Positions 39,556 through 50,800 of a stretch of 64,000 nt of DNA are shown here, in pieces (position 1 is the stretch's first letter; each line of letters starts with the position of its first letter). The DNA lies in the NCBI GenBank assembly GCA_963841745.1, contig CAWJDV010000012.1:20779-84778 (forward strand), written 5' to 3'. The notes under the pieces are model-generated. The model did no database searches and had not been told where the DNA came from. It was given only the letters and a program-made list of their open reading frames with translations. The stretch is from an uncultured Verrucomicrobiae bacterium (GTDB lineage: Bacteria > Verrucomicrobiota > Verrucomicrobiia > Verrucomicrobiales > Akkermansiaceae). Position numbers and translations under genes: made by a program.

Positions 39556-39993
39556 TCACGGGAAAATCTCCTTCGGACATCCAGCAAGTTTCACCAACAG
39601 CTTGTCCACAGTCGCCTTTTTCATATCCAGCGCGTCGAGCGTCGCCTCCTCCGATTCAAACGGGAACAACTTGCCGAAATAATCGACGTTCTCCCAGCTG
39701 TCGTTGAGCCTCCGCAGAACCATCCACCGCGGCTCGCCCTCTTCCTTCCCCTCGCGCGTCGGCTGCACGTTCACGCAAGCCCAGCCATCCTTCACTTTGA
39801 GGTGCTTCACCACGAAGATGATCTTCTTCGGATTCTTCGCCGCCGCCTCCTTGTTCTGGTAGAAATCGTAGCGTAGCACGTTGATGATGTCCAACCGCTC
39901 AGAGCTGCCGATCGGCGGCGTGCGGACTTCCTCGGCGGTGGAGCGAGCAGCCGCCAGCAGGAGGACGGCGAGAAGGAAACGGGGGGCTTTCAT
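39556..39993 (-). CDS. Secreted hypothetical protein, paralog of the C-terminal domain of 42289-43685
   Basis: Signal peptide; VRTPPIGSSERLDIINVLR...FVVKHLKVKDGWAC. Confidence 0.75.
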   Translation of the reverse strand: MKAPRFLLAVLLLAAARSTAEEVRTPPIGSSERLDIINVLRYDFYQNKEAAAKNPKKIIFVVKHLKVKDGWACVNVQPTREGKEEGEPRWMVLRRLNDSWENVDYFGKLFPFESEEATLDALDMKKATVDKLLVKLAGCPKEIFP

Positions 39994-40382
39994 GGGGTTG
40001 GGGGGATGGAGATGACATCATTTCTGCCAATTGCCGCCGAGATCAATGCACGAATCCATCAGGTGGGAAAAGAGTGAAATCCACGGGTGAAAACTTCCTT
40101 CGGCCAACCCGACCTCAAGTCACCCTCCCACCTTGAAAACCCTCTGATTATCAGATGAATAGGACTCCACCCGACCAAGCTTGGAAATCCCCTCGAAACC
40201 GGGTTCAACCGCCTCAATCAATCAGGAAATCCGAAACTTCACGAAGATTGACGGATACCTCCGGCGACCCTGCACGAAAAAACACCGTTGTCGGACTCGC
40301 CCCAGATCGGTCCGTCTTGGGTCATGACCCCGAACCGATTCAGTTGCCCGATGACCTGCGGTTGAATGTGGCGAACAGCTTT

Positions 40383-42269
40383 TCAAGGATTCTGAAAATG
40401 GGGATCCATGCTCAAAAGCTTGCGGTGGACACTCTGCTTGGCTTCGTTACGTACCTTGCCCGGCCCGCCCGGCCCGCCCGGCGCGATGATCCGGGAGGTG
40501 ATGTCCGTGTCCAACTGGCTTTCCATCAAGGTGGATGAACCGACGTCCAGGACGATCTTCATCTTGAATGTGCCACGCTCGACGGCACCTCCGCCCGTTT
40601 TTCCGGCAGCTTCAGGTCCGCCGTTGTCAAATTTCCCACCCGCCTCAACGGTCGCAAGCTGCTTGCCTGCGGTTGTTACCAGCGAGACGAGGCGGCACTC
40701 GCCCTTCATCACCACATCGTCCGCCATAAGCATGGCCTGCGGGCGAAATTCGATCTGCCAGCTTTCCCCAGGAATCACCTGTTGGTTAGGCAGGAAGCCA
40801 TTGGCAAACCAATCGTTTTGCAAACCTTTCATCTGCCAACTCGTGGGTTCGTCCTTCGCCGGAGCTTGGCCATCCACGATTCGCTCCACCCATTGCCTGG
40901 TGATCTTGCCTTGCGCATCCTTTAGCGAATACCGGTGGCTGCCCGTTTGTTCCTTCCAGGTCATCCGCCATGCCTCGTAGTCCACGTCACCCTTTTCCAG
41001 AAATTGGCGGGAGTCGAAAACCACTTTGCCCCCCTGATCCGGCTTGCGAACCAACAGAGCAAGATTCTTCACTTCATGGCGGGTGATGCCTTCTCCCTCT
41101 CCAGCTAAAACCAGCTCTTCGTCCTCATTTTCAACATCCGCCTTTATCGAGGGAACCTTCATGCCGTTTCCCATGTCCAACCGGTTCTCCAGTGACATGC
41201 GTGTACTCCAAACGTAGCGGGTTCCAGTTTTCCAAACATGCTTCAGCCTAACCGCACCTTCACGGGCCGGGGCCTCCTCCATGGGACTAACTCCACCATT
41301 CACCGGAGTTTCCACCACCTCCTCGCTTCTCAGTGGAAGCGGCAACGGATCGACCGGATTGATCGGAGTCTTCGTCAGCAATTCCATATGGTCGGAATTG
41401 TCGATCGCGAACCGCGACCTTCCATTATCAGAAACTTGAATTCCGGAAGTAGTGCTCTTTTCCAAAACTGGCGTCCCGGTGGAAAGTTCCAGCCATGACT
41501 CACCCTCAATAAGCGGATTCTCTACCACCTGCTCACCGGGTTTGCCCTCTTCCGTGGGTAACACCTTGAAGTCCGCCCGGAATCCAATCACCGCACACTC
41601 GCGATCCTTCAGTTTTTCAATCCGTTTGAATTCGCATTCCGCTCGTGCCGCGACCACCCCGATGCCCCTCAGCTTCCCCTTCAGGTCCGCCTTCCAACGG
41701 TGGCCCACCGCCACCGGCTCTTTCGGCAGGTTCACGGGTGCTGTGAATTGCTGGATGACCGGGGTCTCATCGGGTTTCGAAATCGTGCCGAACGGGGTGG
41801 GATACCCATCGAAGGTGAGCGAATGATTCCCCCAGCCCATGCCCGTTTTTCCAGCAACCTGACCTTGCTCATCAAAGTAGGTCCACGAGTTTGCGATCAT
41901 CTGCCAGGTTCCGGTGCTGGCGGCATCCTGCTTGATGCCTTTGGCAATCTTCCTGCTGTCAAATCCCATGGCCAGCCCAGGCCCCCGGGTGTCCACGCAA
42001 TTCACCAGATACTGCAATCCAAAGAGACGTCCTCCCTCAGGATTCGCCCAGACCGTGAAGTTGAATTCGTTGAGCATCTGGCTGGTCGTCGCGCCCAGGT
42101 TCTTCGCCTCCCGGCTCTGGGATTTTCCTCGGATCCACGACTCGCAAAGGACCCGGTGTTCCATCCCGGTTTCCCAATCCCGCTTGAGCAAAAATTTTAC
42201 AGGAATTTCCTCCCCGTTCATGGCTTGGAATGAAAATGGGATGAGCGGCAGCAAGCTGAGGATTTTCAT
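40383..42269 (-). CDS. Secreted hypothetical protein with two tandem related beta-rich domains (DUF6263-like)
   Basis: Signal peptide MKILSLLPLIPFSFQA; repeated motifs LKRDWETG/LKHVWKTG and LPKEPVAVGHRW/LPNQQVIPGESW. Confidence 0.6.
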   Translation of the reverse strand: MKILSLLPLIPFSFQAMNGEEIPVKFLLKRDWETGMEHRVLCESWIRGKSQSREAKNLGATTSQMLNEFNFTVWANPEGGRLFGLQYLVNCVDTRGPGLAMGFDSRKIAKGIKQDAASTGTWQMIANSWTYFDEQGQVAGKTGMGWGNHSLTFDGYPTPFGTISKPDETPVIQQFTAPVNLPKEPVAVGHRWKADLKGKLRGIGVVAARAECEFKRIEKLKDRECAVIGFRADFKVLPTEEGKPGEQVVENPLIEGESWLELSTGTPVLEKSTTSGIQVSDNGRSRFAIDNSDHMELLTKTPINPVDPLPLPLRSEEVVETPVNGGVSPMEEAPAREGAVRLKHVWKTGTRYVWSTRMSLENRLDMGNGMKVPSIKADVENEDEELVLAGEGEGITRHEVKNLALLVRKPDQGGKVVFDSRQFLEKGDVDYEAWRMTWKEQTGSHRYSLKDAQGKITRQWVERIVDGQAPAKDEPTSWQMKGLQNDWFANGFLPNQQVIPGESWQIEFRPQAMLMADDVVMKGECRLVSLVTTAGKQLATVEAGGKFDNGGPEAAGKTGGGAVERGTFKMKIVLDVGSSTLMESQLDTDITSRIIAPGGPGGPGKVRNEAKQSVHRKLLSMDPHFQNP

Positions 42270-42288
42270 GGCTCGTAAGTGCATGTCC

Positions 42289-43685
42289 TCATCTTCTATC
42301 AGGGAAAATTCCGGGTGGACATCCGGGGAGCCTAGGCAGCAAGCGCTCAATCGTACTCCGGCTCATGTCCAGTGCGTCCAAGGTATCTGCCTCACGCGCA
42401 AACGGTCGGAGCTTCTCGAAATAATCGACTTTCTCCCAGCCGTTTTTCGACTCTCTCAACACCGCCCATCTCGGCTCTGCAACTTCTTTGCCTTTCTTTG
42501 TTGGTGTCATATTCGCACACGCCCAGCCATCTTTCACCTTCAAGTGATGGACCACGAAAAGGATTTTGTCCGGATTCTCTCTGGCCTTCTGCTTATCCCT
42601 ATAGAAATCGAAACGCATCACGTTCATGATCGCGTCGCGCTCCGGCGACCCCTTCGGTGGGGTGCGGACAGCCTCATCTTTCGCCGCCACGGAAGCCGCT
42701 TTCGCTGAGTTCGGATTGCCGAAATATTCGGTCTTCTCTGGATCACCAAATTCCGCCACCGGCAAGGCCCTCCGGATCTCAAAATACGCCGGATCCTTGC
42801 CGGACATCATGAGTTTCCACCCGCATCTTCTTCCACCGACCACCACCGGCGCAGCCAACTCCTCGACGCGAAGGATGACCCCACGATCGGTGACCCATGA
42901 TCCATCGGGGTTCCTCGTGAGTTCCGTTTCCCAATTGTCCTGCACGCCCTCGCCAAAGTCGTCAAACAACACCATCCGGCAGGCCTTGCCGGTTCCGGCG
43001 ATGCGGATTCCTCCCCCCCGTTTGTTCAGGACGAAAACAAACTCCTGCGGCTTCTCCCCATCTTTCGCGATATCCGGGACAGTCTCCTTCGCCGCCGCGC
43101 TGGCTCGCTTCAGATCGATAGGTCCATCCTGCGCCTGGTAGCTGTTAGCCGTCGAAAGCAAGGTCTTGCGGATCGCCTCCTCTTCGGCTCCTTGAATCAC
43201 TGCGGCATTGAGAACTAGCAGGCGATTCGCCACCGGGCGGGTCAGATAGATCTGCCGGGCCACCTCCGCATCCATTCCCTTGGGCATGGCGTAGGCCCAG
43301 ATGAGTCCCTCGCAGCCATCCGTCAGGGCGACCAGCCCGCTTCCTAACTGAATTTTCAGCACCAAGAGACTTTTCCAGATGAGACCTTTTCCCAATCCCG
43401 GTGCGCCAGCATCAGCCCCTTGGGCGACACCTCGACCTGCTTGCCATAGACGTCGGGGATGGAAACGATCTGCACCTGAATGGGGATACCATCGACCTTG
43501 AGGAAAAAATGCTGCGGATGTTCCAGCGGTTCGATCTTGGTGCCGGGAATCTCAACGGTGAACCGGATTTCCGGCGTATCCCAGACGACCATTGCACCCG
43601 CTGCGGTCTTGACGGCGGAGACTCCTTCTCCGAGGGCGAGCGCAGGGAGCAGCAGAGCTAGAAGGAATATGGAAAGGTGTTTCAT
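42289..43685 (-). CDS. Secreted multidomain hypothetical protein, probably one gene frameshifted at about 43350-43395
   Basis: ORF 43356-43685 has a signal peptide and overlaps ORF 42289-43395, which lacks one; the C-terminal domain is paralogous to 39556-39993. Confidence 0.6.
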
Positions 43686-43710
43686 ACGATTTAGTCATGG
43701 AACCTTGGTT

Positions 43711-44163
43711 CTATTCTGTCTTCTCGCCGTAGCACTCCGTCTTGGTTTCATCCCCGAATGCGATGAACGGCCTCTTTTTCTTGATCATTTCGTAGTCAGC
43801 GCCCTTGCCGGAAATCACCAGTTTCCACGAGCCGCTGTTGATTTCACGATTGCCATCGTTGACCACCTTCTTGTCCAGCTTGGTGAGCTTGAACGTGGTG
43901 CCGCCGTTGGTGATGAAGGTCTCCTTGTCCACCGCCTTGAGCGTGCCTTGCCAAGTGATTTCCTCGCTCTGTTTGTCCCCTTGAGTGAATACAACTTTCG
44001 CTGAGTCCTTGGAGGTCTTCATCGTGATGTAGCCGAAGCGGTTGGTGTCGAAGCGGAACTGCTCGGCGTGGAGATTTCCGACAAATATCGCAAAAAACAT
44101 GGCGGTCACGGAAATGCGCAGCCGCGAAGTAAAAGCGCATGTGTTGCTTGGTATGGCTTTCAT
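43711..44163 (-). CDS. Secreted hypothetical protein
   Basis: Signal-like VTAMFFAIFVGNLHA followed by a Lys-rich beta domain with coding-like codon usage. Confidence 0.65.
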   Translation of the reverse strand: MKAIPSNTCAFTSRLRISVTAMFFAIFVGNLHAEQFRFDTNRFGYITMKTSKDSAKVVFTQGDKQSEEITWQGTLKAVDKETFITNGGTTFKLTKLDKKVVNDGNREINSGSWKLVISGKGADYEMIKKKRPFIAFGDETKTECYGEKTE

Positions 44164-44194
44164 GGGAATGTTTCGTTGCAGACCTATTGAAGGG

Positions 44195-47100
44195 CTAGGG
44201 ATTCATCACCTCCACCGTGGTGAACATTTTCGGCGTGGTGGACGAATTGTAAGGCTCATCCACAATGACACGCTGCCAATCCGGAAAGCCGACGATCTCG
44301 CTCACCACCTGCGTGCCGGTGAGGGGAATAAACGAACCCGACCCGAGCGTGGTGGACTTTTTCGGCGTGTAGGTCAGACCGCTGTTCTTGCGCCGGAGAT
44401 ATTCCACCCGCCAGACAGTGCCGCCGCTTGTGTGCAGGTAGCTGGCGGGAAGACCGACTGTCCCGCCCGGAACCATTTGCCGGACATCGGGTCCCGAAGG
44501 ATTAAGACCGAAGGCGAATTTGAGCAAGTTCGGAACTCCGTCGCCGAAGGGGACGGCACCCGGCAGGGCGTTGTTACCGGTCAAGCCGCCCCCGTTCGTC
44601 CACAGGACGAAGGCGCTCGCAGGGCCCGTCACTTGTGAGAAATCCGTTTCCCCGATGAAATTTCCAGTCAAACCGCGTGAAATGCCGACCAAACCGTCCT
44701 GAATACCCACTTCGCCGTAAGAAAGGCGAATCCTCCCATCAAAAAACAGCTCAGCTTGGCCGGTGACGCGGGTCGCCGCCGAACCGAATTGTGCAACATC
44801 GACCCACGTGACAACCGCCCGGTCCACAAGCTGGGCGAATCGGATGTCTCCTGCCGTCCCCGCGTGCAAATCGTCCCAAAACACCGCGACCTGAATGTTG
44901 CCCACATGCGTCACAGCATTTTCAGAGAGAGCGATCAAGGAAGTGGTGAAATTGATCACTCCGTTTGAACTCACCCAAAATTGGCTACGATTGACCTCGT
45001 AGAACGGAATGACCGCGCCAGAAGCCAGGGAGACGCTCTGCGTGGCATCATCCGCATCGGTGATGCTGGCCAGCAGCGCATGACCGGAAGGATCGTTGGG
45101 TAAAGCGGCAATCGTGACTGCCCCGCTGAATGAGTATCCACCGGAGCCATTGGGGATGAACTCCAGCGATTTGAAGGCGAGGTCGAAGGCATCAGTCGCC
45201 CCGGTAAAGATTTCATAATGCGGCAACGGAAGCGGGACGATGGAAACCTGCGCGCTTGCCGTGCTGGTTGCGCCAGACTGATCTGTGACGCGCAGTTGAA
45301 CCGAGTTCGGACCTGGACGCGGCATAGCGGAAAAAAAAGACCAAGGCACCACCGGCTGAACTCCGACCGCGTCGTCATACTGTCCGTCATTGTCGAGATC
45401 CCAAGCATAGCTGAGAAAATCATTTGGACTATTGGGATCCGAGGTCAACGCGCCGCTGGGCACGAAATCGAATCCAATGCCCAGCGAGTAAGAACCGCCA
45501 GCGTTCGCGACTGGAGGTGAGTTCGTAACACCCGTTCCCAACAAGCTGATCAAAAAAGGATTTTCATCCGCATCGTTGCTGGCAATTCTTAAAGTGGCGG
45601 TTCGCGCTCCCGTTCCACGCGGTAGAAAACTGACGCCGAAGCTGGCAAAATCGTTAGATTCGATAGTAGTTCCTGGTGGAAACTGAATGCTGAAGTCATC
45701 GGCATCCGTGCCGGTGATGGTGACAGAAACCGATGTCAGATCCTCGCTCCCCGTATTGCGGATCGTGAAGCCTCTGGATGCTGGAGTGCCCGTCGTCACC
45801 ACCGAACCGTAGTTCACGGACGAAATCCCGCTGGTCAGCGGACTGAAGGACTCCTCGACGACGATCTCTGCCAGGCTCGATCCGCTGGGAGTCCACACGA
45901 CCTCGTCCACCCATGCGGTATCGGAAAACATATCCCCAAAAAAGTCCTTCACATAACGCCAGCGCAACGTGTGAACTCCTGCGCCGAGCACATACGTTTT
46001 TTGCTGCCACGAAGTACTCCCAGAAATTGGACCGGACTGGGGCACACCATCCACATTAAAGCTGAGGAAGTCATTGAAATCTGTCGCTGTCGACCACCAG
46101 AAGGAAATGGTCCCCGGTCCAGTGACCGTGGTCTCCATCCAGGTTTCCTGGTTGTTACTGATGTCCCCGCTGGCGGCGGCATCGACGCCATCATGGGTCA
46201 CAGACGTCTGGATTCCCCACGAAGCCGACCCACCTGTGGTGAAGGTCAGCGAAGGTGCATCCACGGCATCTGCCAATGTCCCGCCTGCTCCTGTGAGCAT
46301 CTGAGACGGATGACCCTGCCAGGTGGGAGTAGTGAAGCCGGTGGCTCCACTGTAGAAATAGACTTTGAATCCACCCGGCACTCCAGCCCCCAAGTTGACG
46401 AAAACCTGGCTTCCCAATGTAGGTGCGTTCCCGGTAAAGGTAGCACTTTCCAGATTATAACATCCAAAGAATGCCTGTGAGCCGATACTTGCGACACTTC
46501 CCGGTATGGTGATGCTGGTCAATCCGCTTGCGTTGAAAAAAGCCGCCGATTGGATGAGGTTCACGGTCGATGGGATCACATACGCCCCGGATTTTGCTCC
46601 TGGATACTGGATGAGGGTGGACTGGGCTTTGTTAAACAGAATACCTTGCTCACTTTTGAAGTTCAGATTCGCAACTGCAACGTCAATTGCTGACAGGCTA
46701 AAGCAACCGGTAAACGCATTCGTGCCGATGCTGATGACGCTGTCGGGAATGGATACCGAAGTTAATGAAAAACTGCCGCTAAAAGCCTCAGCTGCAATAC
46801 TGGTTACACTTCCGGGAATCATGTAGCTGCCTGATCGTCCATTTGGATACTGGATAAGGGATGTCAGAGTTTTGTTAAATAAAACGCCCCCAGAGCTACT
46901 GTAGCTGGTATTGCTGGCGTCAACTGCGATGGCACTTAGGCTTGAACACTGGGAGAATGCACCGTTCCCAATGCTGGAAACGCTAGCAGGTATCGTCACT
47001 CCTGTCAGGTTGTAGAGATAACCGAACGCGTAGGAACCAATAGTAGTCACACTCCCAGGAATCACCAGCGAGGTGATTCCGTTGCAATACTGAAACGCTG

Positions 47101-47749
47101 TATTACCAATCGTGACCACCCCGAACGGTATCGTGATTCCAGTCAAGCCGGAAGTGCCTGTGAATGCCCAATCCCCGATAGTTGTGACAGTTCCCGGAAT
47201 CACATAGGCTCCGGTTTTCCCGCCAGGGTACTGAATCAGAGTGGTTCCGAGTTTATTGAAGACAACACCGTCGAGGCTACTGAAGGAGGGATTTGATCCA
47301 TTCACCGTTATTGCCGGGAGGGCGGAGCAATAGGAAAATGCGTATGTTCCAATACTTGTGACGCTGCTTGGAATCGAGAGCGAGGTCAGACCTGAACAGC
47401 CATAAAACGCGAAATTTCCAATACTAGCCACACTCGCTGGAATAGTGATTCCCGTCACGGTGGTCTTGAAATAGAATGCTTGGTTTCCAATGCCAGTCAC
47501 GTCCAGACCGACAATAGACGAGGGAATCACCACTGCTCCGCCAGCGCCGGTGTAGCCGGTGATGGTGATGTGGGTGGTGTTGTTGGTGTAGGTGAAGTCG
47601 CCGAACTGATCTGCCGAGAGTGGACTCATCATGCAGAGCAGGACGAGCAACGGTTTCAACCAAAGGCATTTGGCGAGAATGGGGATGCGGGCAGCCAATG
47701 AAACATCATTGGAGTGGTGGATACGGTTTCGGAGGGGTTGGGGATTCAT
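44195..47749 (-). CDS. Large surface protein: BspA-type LRR_5 repeats, choice-of-anchor-D (Ig-like), PKD-like and nidogen-like domains, and a C-terminal domain
   Basis: IPxSVxSIGxxAF repeats; FTIRNTG...RTATLRIASNDADENPF; PVANAGG...YAWDLDNDGQYDDA; WVSSNGVINF...VAVFWDDL. Confidence 0.85.
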   Translation of the reverse strand: MNPQPLRNRIHHSNDVSLAARIPILAKCLWLKPLLVLLCMMSPLSADQFGDFTYTNNTTHITITGYTGAGGAVVIPSSIVGLDVTGIGNQAFYFKTTVTGITIPASVASIGNFAFYGCSGLTSLSIPSSVTSIGTYAFSYCSALPAITVNGSNPSFSSLDGVVFNKLGTTLIQYPGGKTGAYVIPGTVTTIGDWAFTGTSGLTGITIPFGVVTIGNTAFQYCNGITSLVIPGSVTTIGSYAFGYLYNLTGVTIPASVSSIGNGAFSQCSSLSAIAVDASNTSYSSSGGVLFNKTLTSLIQYPNGRSGSYMIPGSVTSIAAEAFSGSFSLTSVSIPDSVISIGTNAFTGCFSLSAIDVAVANLNFKSEQGILFNKAQSTLIQYPGAKSGAYVIPSTVNLIQSAAFFNASGLTSITIPGSVASIGSQAFFGCYNLESATFTGNAPTLGSQVFVNLGAGVPGGFKVYFYSGATGFTTPTWQGHPSQMLTGAGGTLADAVDAPSLTFTTGGSASWGIQTSVTHDGVDAAASGDISNNQETWMETTVTGPGTISFWWSTATDFNDFLSFNVDGVPQSGPISGSTSWQQKTYVLGAGVHTLRWRYVKDFFGDMFSDTAWVDEVVWTPSGSSLAEIVVEESFSPLTSGISSVNYGSVVTTGTPASRGFTIRNTGSEDLTSVSVTITGTDADDFSIQFPPGTTIESNDFASFGVSFLPRGTGARTATLRIASNDADENPFLISLLGTGVTNSPPVANAGGSYSLGIGFDFVPSGALTSDPNSPNDFLSYAWDLDNDGQYDDAVGVQPVVPWSFFSAMPRPGPNSVQLRVTDQSGATSTASAQVSIVPLPLPHYEIFTGATDAFDLAFKSLEFIPNGSGGYSFSGAVTIAALPNDPSGHALLASITDADDATQSVSLASGAVIPFYEVNRSQFWVSSNGVINFTTSLIALSENAVTHVGNIQVAVFWDDLHAGTAGDIRFAQLVDRAVVTWVDVAQFGSAATRVTGQAELFFDGRIRLSYGEVGIQDGLVGISRGLTGNFIGETDFSQVTGPASAFVLWTNGGGLTGNNALPGAVPFGDGVPNLLKFAFGLNPSGPDVRQMVPGGTVGLPASYLHTSGGTVWRVEYLRRKNSGLTYTPKKSTTLGSGSFIPLTGTQVVSEIVGFPDWQRVIVDEPYNSSTTPKMFTTVEVMNP

Positions 47750-47820
47750 GGATTCAGGTTCGGTTGGAGAGATTGGTAACGTTTTAAGCGGTTAAGACCT
47801 AGAGAAGTCGATTCACAGTT

Positions 47821-50800
47821 TCACTGATTCGTGGCCCGGAAGAAGCCTCGATTTCCGAGGCTGGCTTTCGGAATGACATACGGGCTGGGCGGCTGCGGAG
47901 TGATGTCCTGCCAAGAGGTGGGCAGAAGATTCGGGCTCGATTGCAGGATGCCGGTGAAGGTGATTTCGTATTCGCCGCTTGGGAGAAGCACCGCTTGAAT
48001 AGACGGTGGCGAAATGGCGGTGACCACGTTCGCGCTGATGTTATTGATCCATGCCGGATCGCCGCCAGCTGCGCTCTTGATTGCAAGGCTCGTGATATCG
48101 CCCGTTCTGCCGTTCAAAAGAAAGCTGAGAAACGAACCGTCAGACACGCCCGCACCAAAGGTAACGCTCTCATAAGTGGAACCGTCCTTATAGATCGCAA
48201 TGACTGAGTATGTGCCGGACGCTTCAGGACTCGCGATGTCAAAGGACGTTAGGTTTAAAGTTGTGTCGGGCGTCGATGGTGTAACGACGATGGTTCCAGG
48301 TGAAATCGTCCCAAGCGCATTCGAGCCCAGCACCGAAGAAATGCTCATGGCCGTCGGCGAGGTGAAGGTGAGGTTGGATTCCGTATAGAAATTGCCGACC
48401 GTACCCGGTTCCGCTGAGTCGAAGTTTGCAGTGGAAGCGACTATCGGTGGCGCTACAGCTGTTCCGGAAAGCCTGATCATCACACGGTCAACTAGAACGC
48501 CGAATCCAAACTCATTGGTGATTCGTGCCGACAGAATGTTTCGGTAACGAGGATTCCCGGCAAAAGCGTTGTTGAGTTGAAATTCGTCCACGAACGTGGG
48601 CGGCAAGGAGTTTGCTACGTGCTCCACACCATTTGCATCGGTTACGATCAACCTGAATTGGCCGACAGTCTCCGGACTTTCGATTTCGAATCCAAGCAAC
48701 GAAAACAAACCGCCTCCCGCAGTGATCTCTAATGTGTGCTCACCGTCAACGACCAGTGAGGGACTCTGATCATAGCTATTCCCCGCAATTCGCAGACCAG
48801 CGGGAGAATCAGTGGAAAATGTCACCCCCTTTTCCACATAGGTGGTTCGCACACCGATGACGGGAGGCAACAAGACCGGGCCGAAGTCGATCACCACCTC
48901 CGTGAAGGAAACCAATGAAAATATCAGATCGTTTCCGTCGCCCCCCGTGTAAGAAGCGGTGAAGGTGTAGGTCTGCCCGCCATAGGTGGCCGTGACCATG
49001 CCGCCCTCCGCGAGGTTGGTGAGGGTGCCGGTGATGGGACTGCCGCCGGTATTGTCAAATACCCGTAAATGCGTTCCCGGTGCCGGTGCGAATTGTAGCG
49101 TGAGCGTGCCGAAATTCAGGCTGCCCGCATATAAGGCGGTGCCGCTCCAGGGCACGTTCCCAGCCGTGTCGAAGACCGGGGAAAGCGTGTCGATGCCGGT
49201 GCCAGTCAGCGCGATGTCGAAGGGGTTCCTATCCGCATCATTGCTGGCGAAATGGAGGGAAGCCTGCCTTGTGCCAGTGGCCCAGGTGAGGAACGACACC
49301 TCGAAGGTCACGCTCTGGCCCGGAGCAAGCGTCGGAGCGGGAAGCCCGCTCCAGGAAAACTGGCCGGCTCCCGGTCCCGAAAATGAGGTGACGCCCAATC
49401 CACTCAACTCCGCGTTCCCGGTGTTGCGGATGGTGAATGTCCTTTTCACCGCATTTCCCACCAATGCGGTTCCGAAGTCGATGGTCGATAGTCCGTCGGC
49501 GAGCAGTGTCCCCACCGGAGATTCGATTTCGATTTGGGGAAACATCGCGGTTAGGACGATGTCGTTCCCATCCCCGCCCACGTAGCTGATTTGGAAGGAA
49601 TAGGTCGCCCCCTCGAAATCCGCGTTAAGGGTAGCACCTTCCGGCAAGCCGCTGAAGATCCCGGTTACCGCCCCGGCACCCGTGTTGTTCACGACCATCA
49701 GTTGCGTCCCCAGCAAGGGCGCAAATCCTAAGTTGATGGCACCAAGATTGAGATTACCGGCATGGAAACTGTTGCTCGTGAAAATCACGTCACCCGGCGC
49801 ATTAAAAAGGGGAGAAATCGTTGACGCTCCCGATCCAGTGAGCATCACATCGAAGGGACTGGAGGAGTCATTGCTGGAAATATGGAGCACTGCCGCTCGC
49901 GGCCCAGCGGCGTCAGGAGTGAAGAACACCTCGAGATCGATGGACTCGCCCGGCGCGAGAACCGTGTCGGCAAAGTTGCCGGGGTCAAAATCCTCCTCAT
50001 AGTCTCCGCTCACGGATGCGGTGAGGCCGGTCAGATCACCCGTGCCGGTATTGCGGACGCTGAGGGTGATGGGTGAACCGGTATTGCCCAGTGGGACGCT
50101 TCCGAAATCGACGGTGTCCGCGCCATCAGCCAAGGGGGTGCCATTTGGAAGCTCGACGCTGACGACGGGCGTGGAAACGGGAGTGAGCACGTTTGCACTA
50201 ATGCGATCAATCCATAGAGGATCACTGCTGAATTCCGTATTGAATGTGAGGCTTGTTATGTTTCCCGTTCTGCCATTCAACAGTTCACTCAGGAATGAGC
50301 CATCAGTTGTGCCACCGCCAAACGTCGCACTCGTATAAGTAGAACCGTCCTGATAACGAGCCGTCATAGTGTAGCCTCCATTAGCTTCCGGACTTACGAT
50401 CTCGAACGACGTCAAGTTTAGGGGCGCACCGGGCACTGACGACGTAACGACGATGGTTCCCGACGCTGTCCCACCCAAAACCTTTGCGCCCAGCACCGAA
50501 GAAATGCTCATCGGTGTCGGCGAGGTGAAGGTGAGGTTGGATTCGGTGTAGGAATTGCCGACCGGACCCGGTGCCGCGGAGTCGAAATTCGCAGTTACGG
50601 CCTGTGACTGTACGCTGACCGCAGTGAGCACCACGTTGTTGCCATCGCCACCGTGGTAACTGATCTGGAAATAGTAGGTCGCTGCTCCGAAATTCGCACT
50701 GAGAATCGATCCTTCCGGAAGGCCGGAAAACATCCCGAGGATCTCCCCTACCGCCGTGTTGTTTGCTAACTCCAGTTGCATTCCCGGCGTCGGCGCGAAG

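Noticed and set aside
40010-40380. 370-bp intergenic gap within the orphan array
   Set aside because: I found no convincing ORF, repeat or stable structure.
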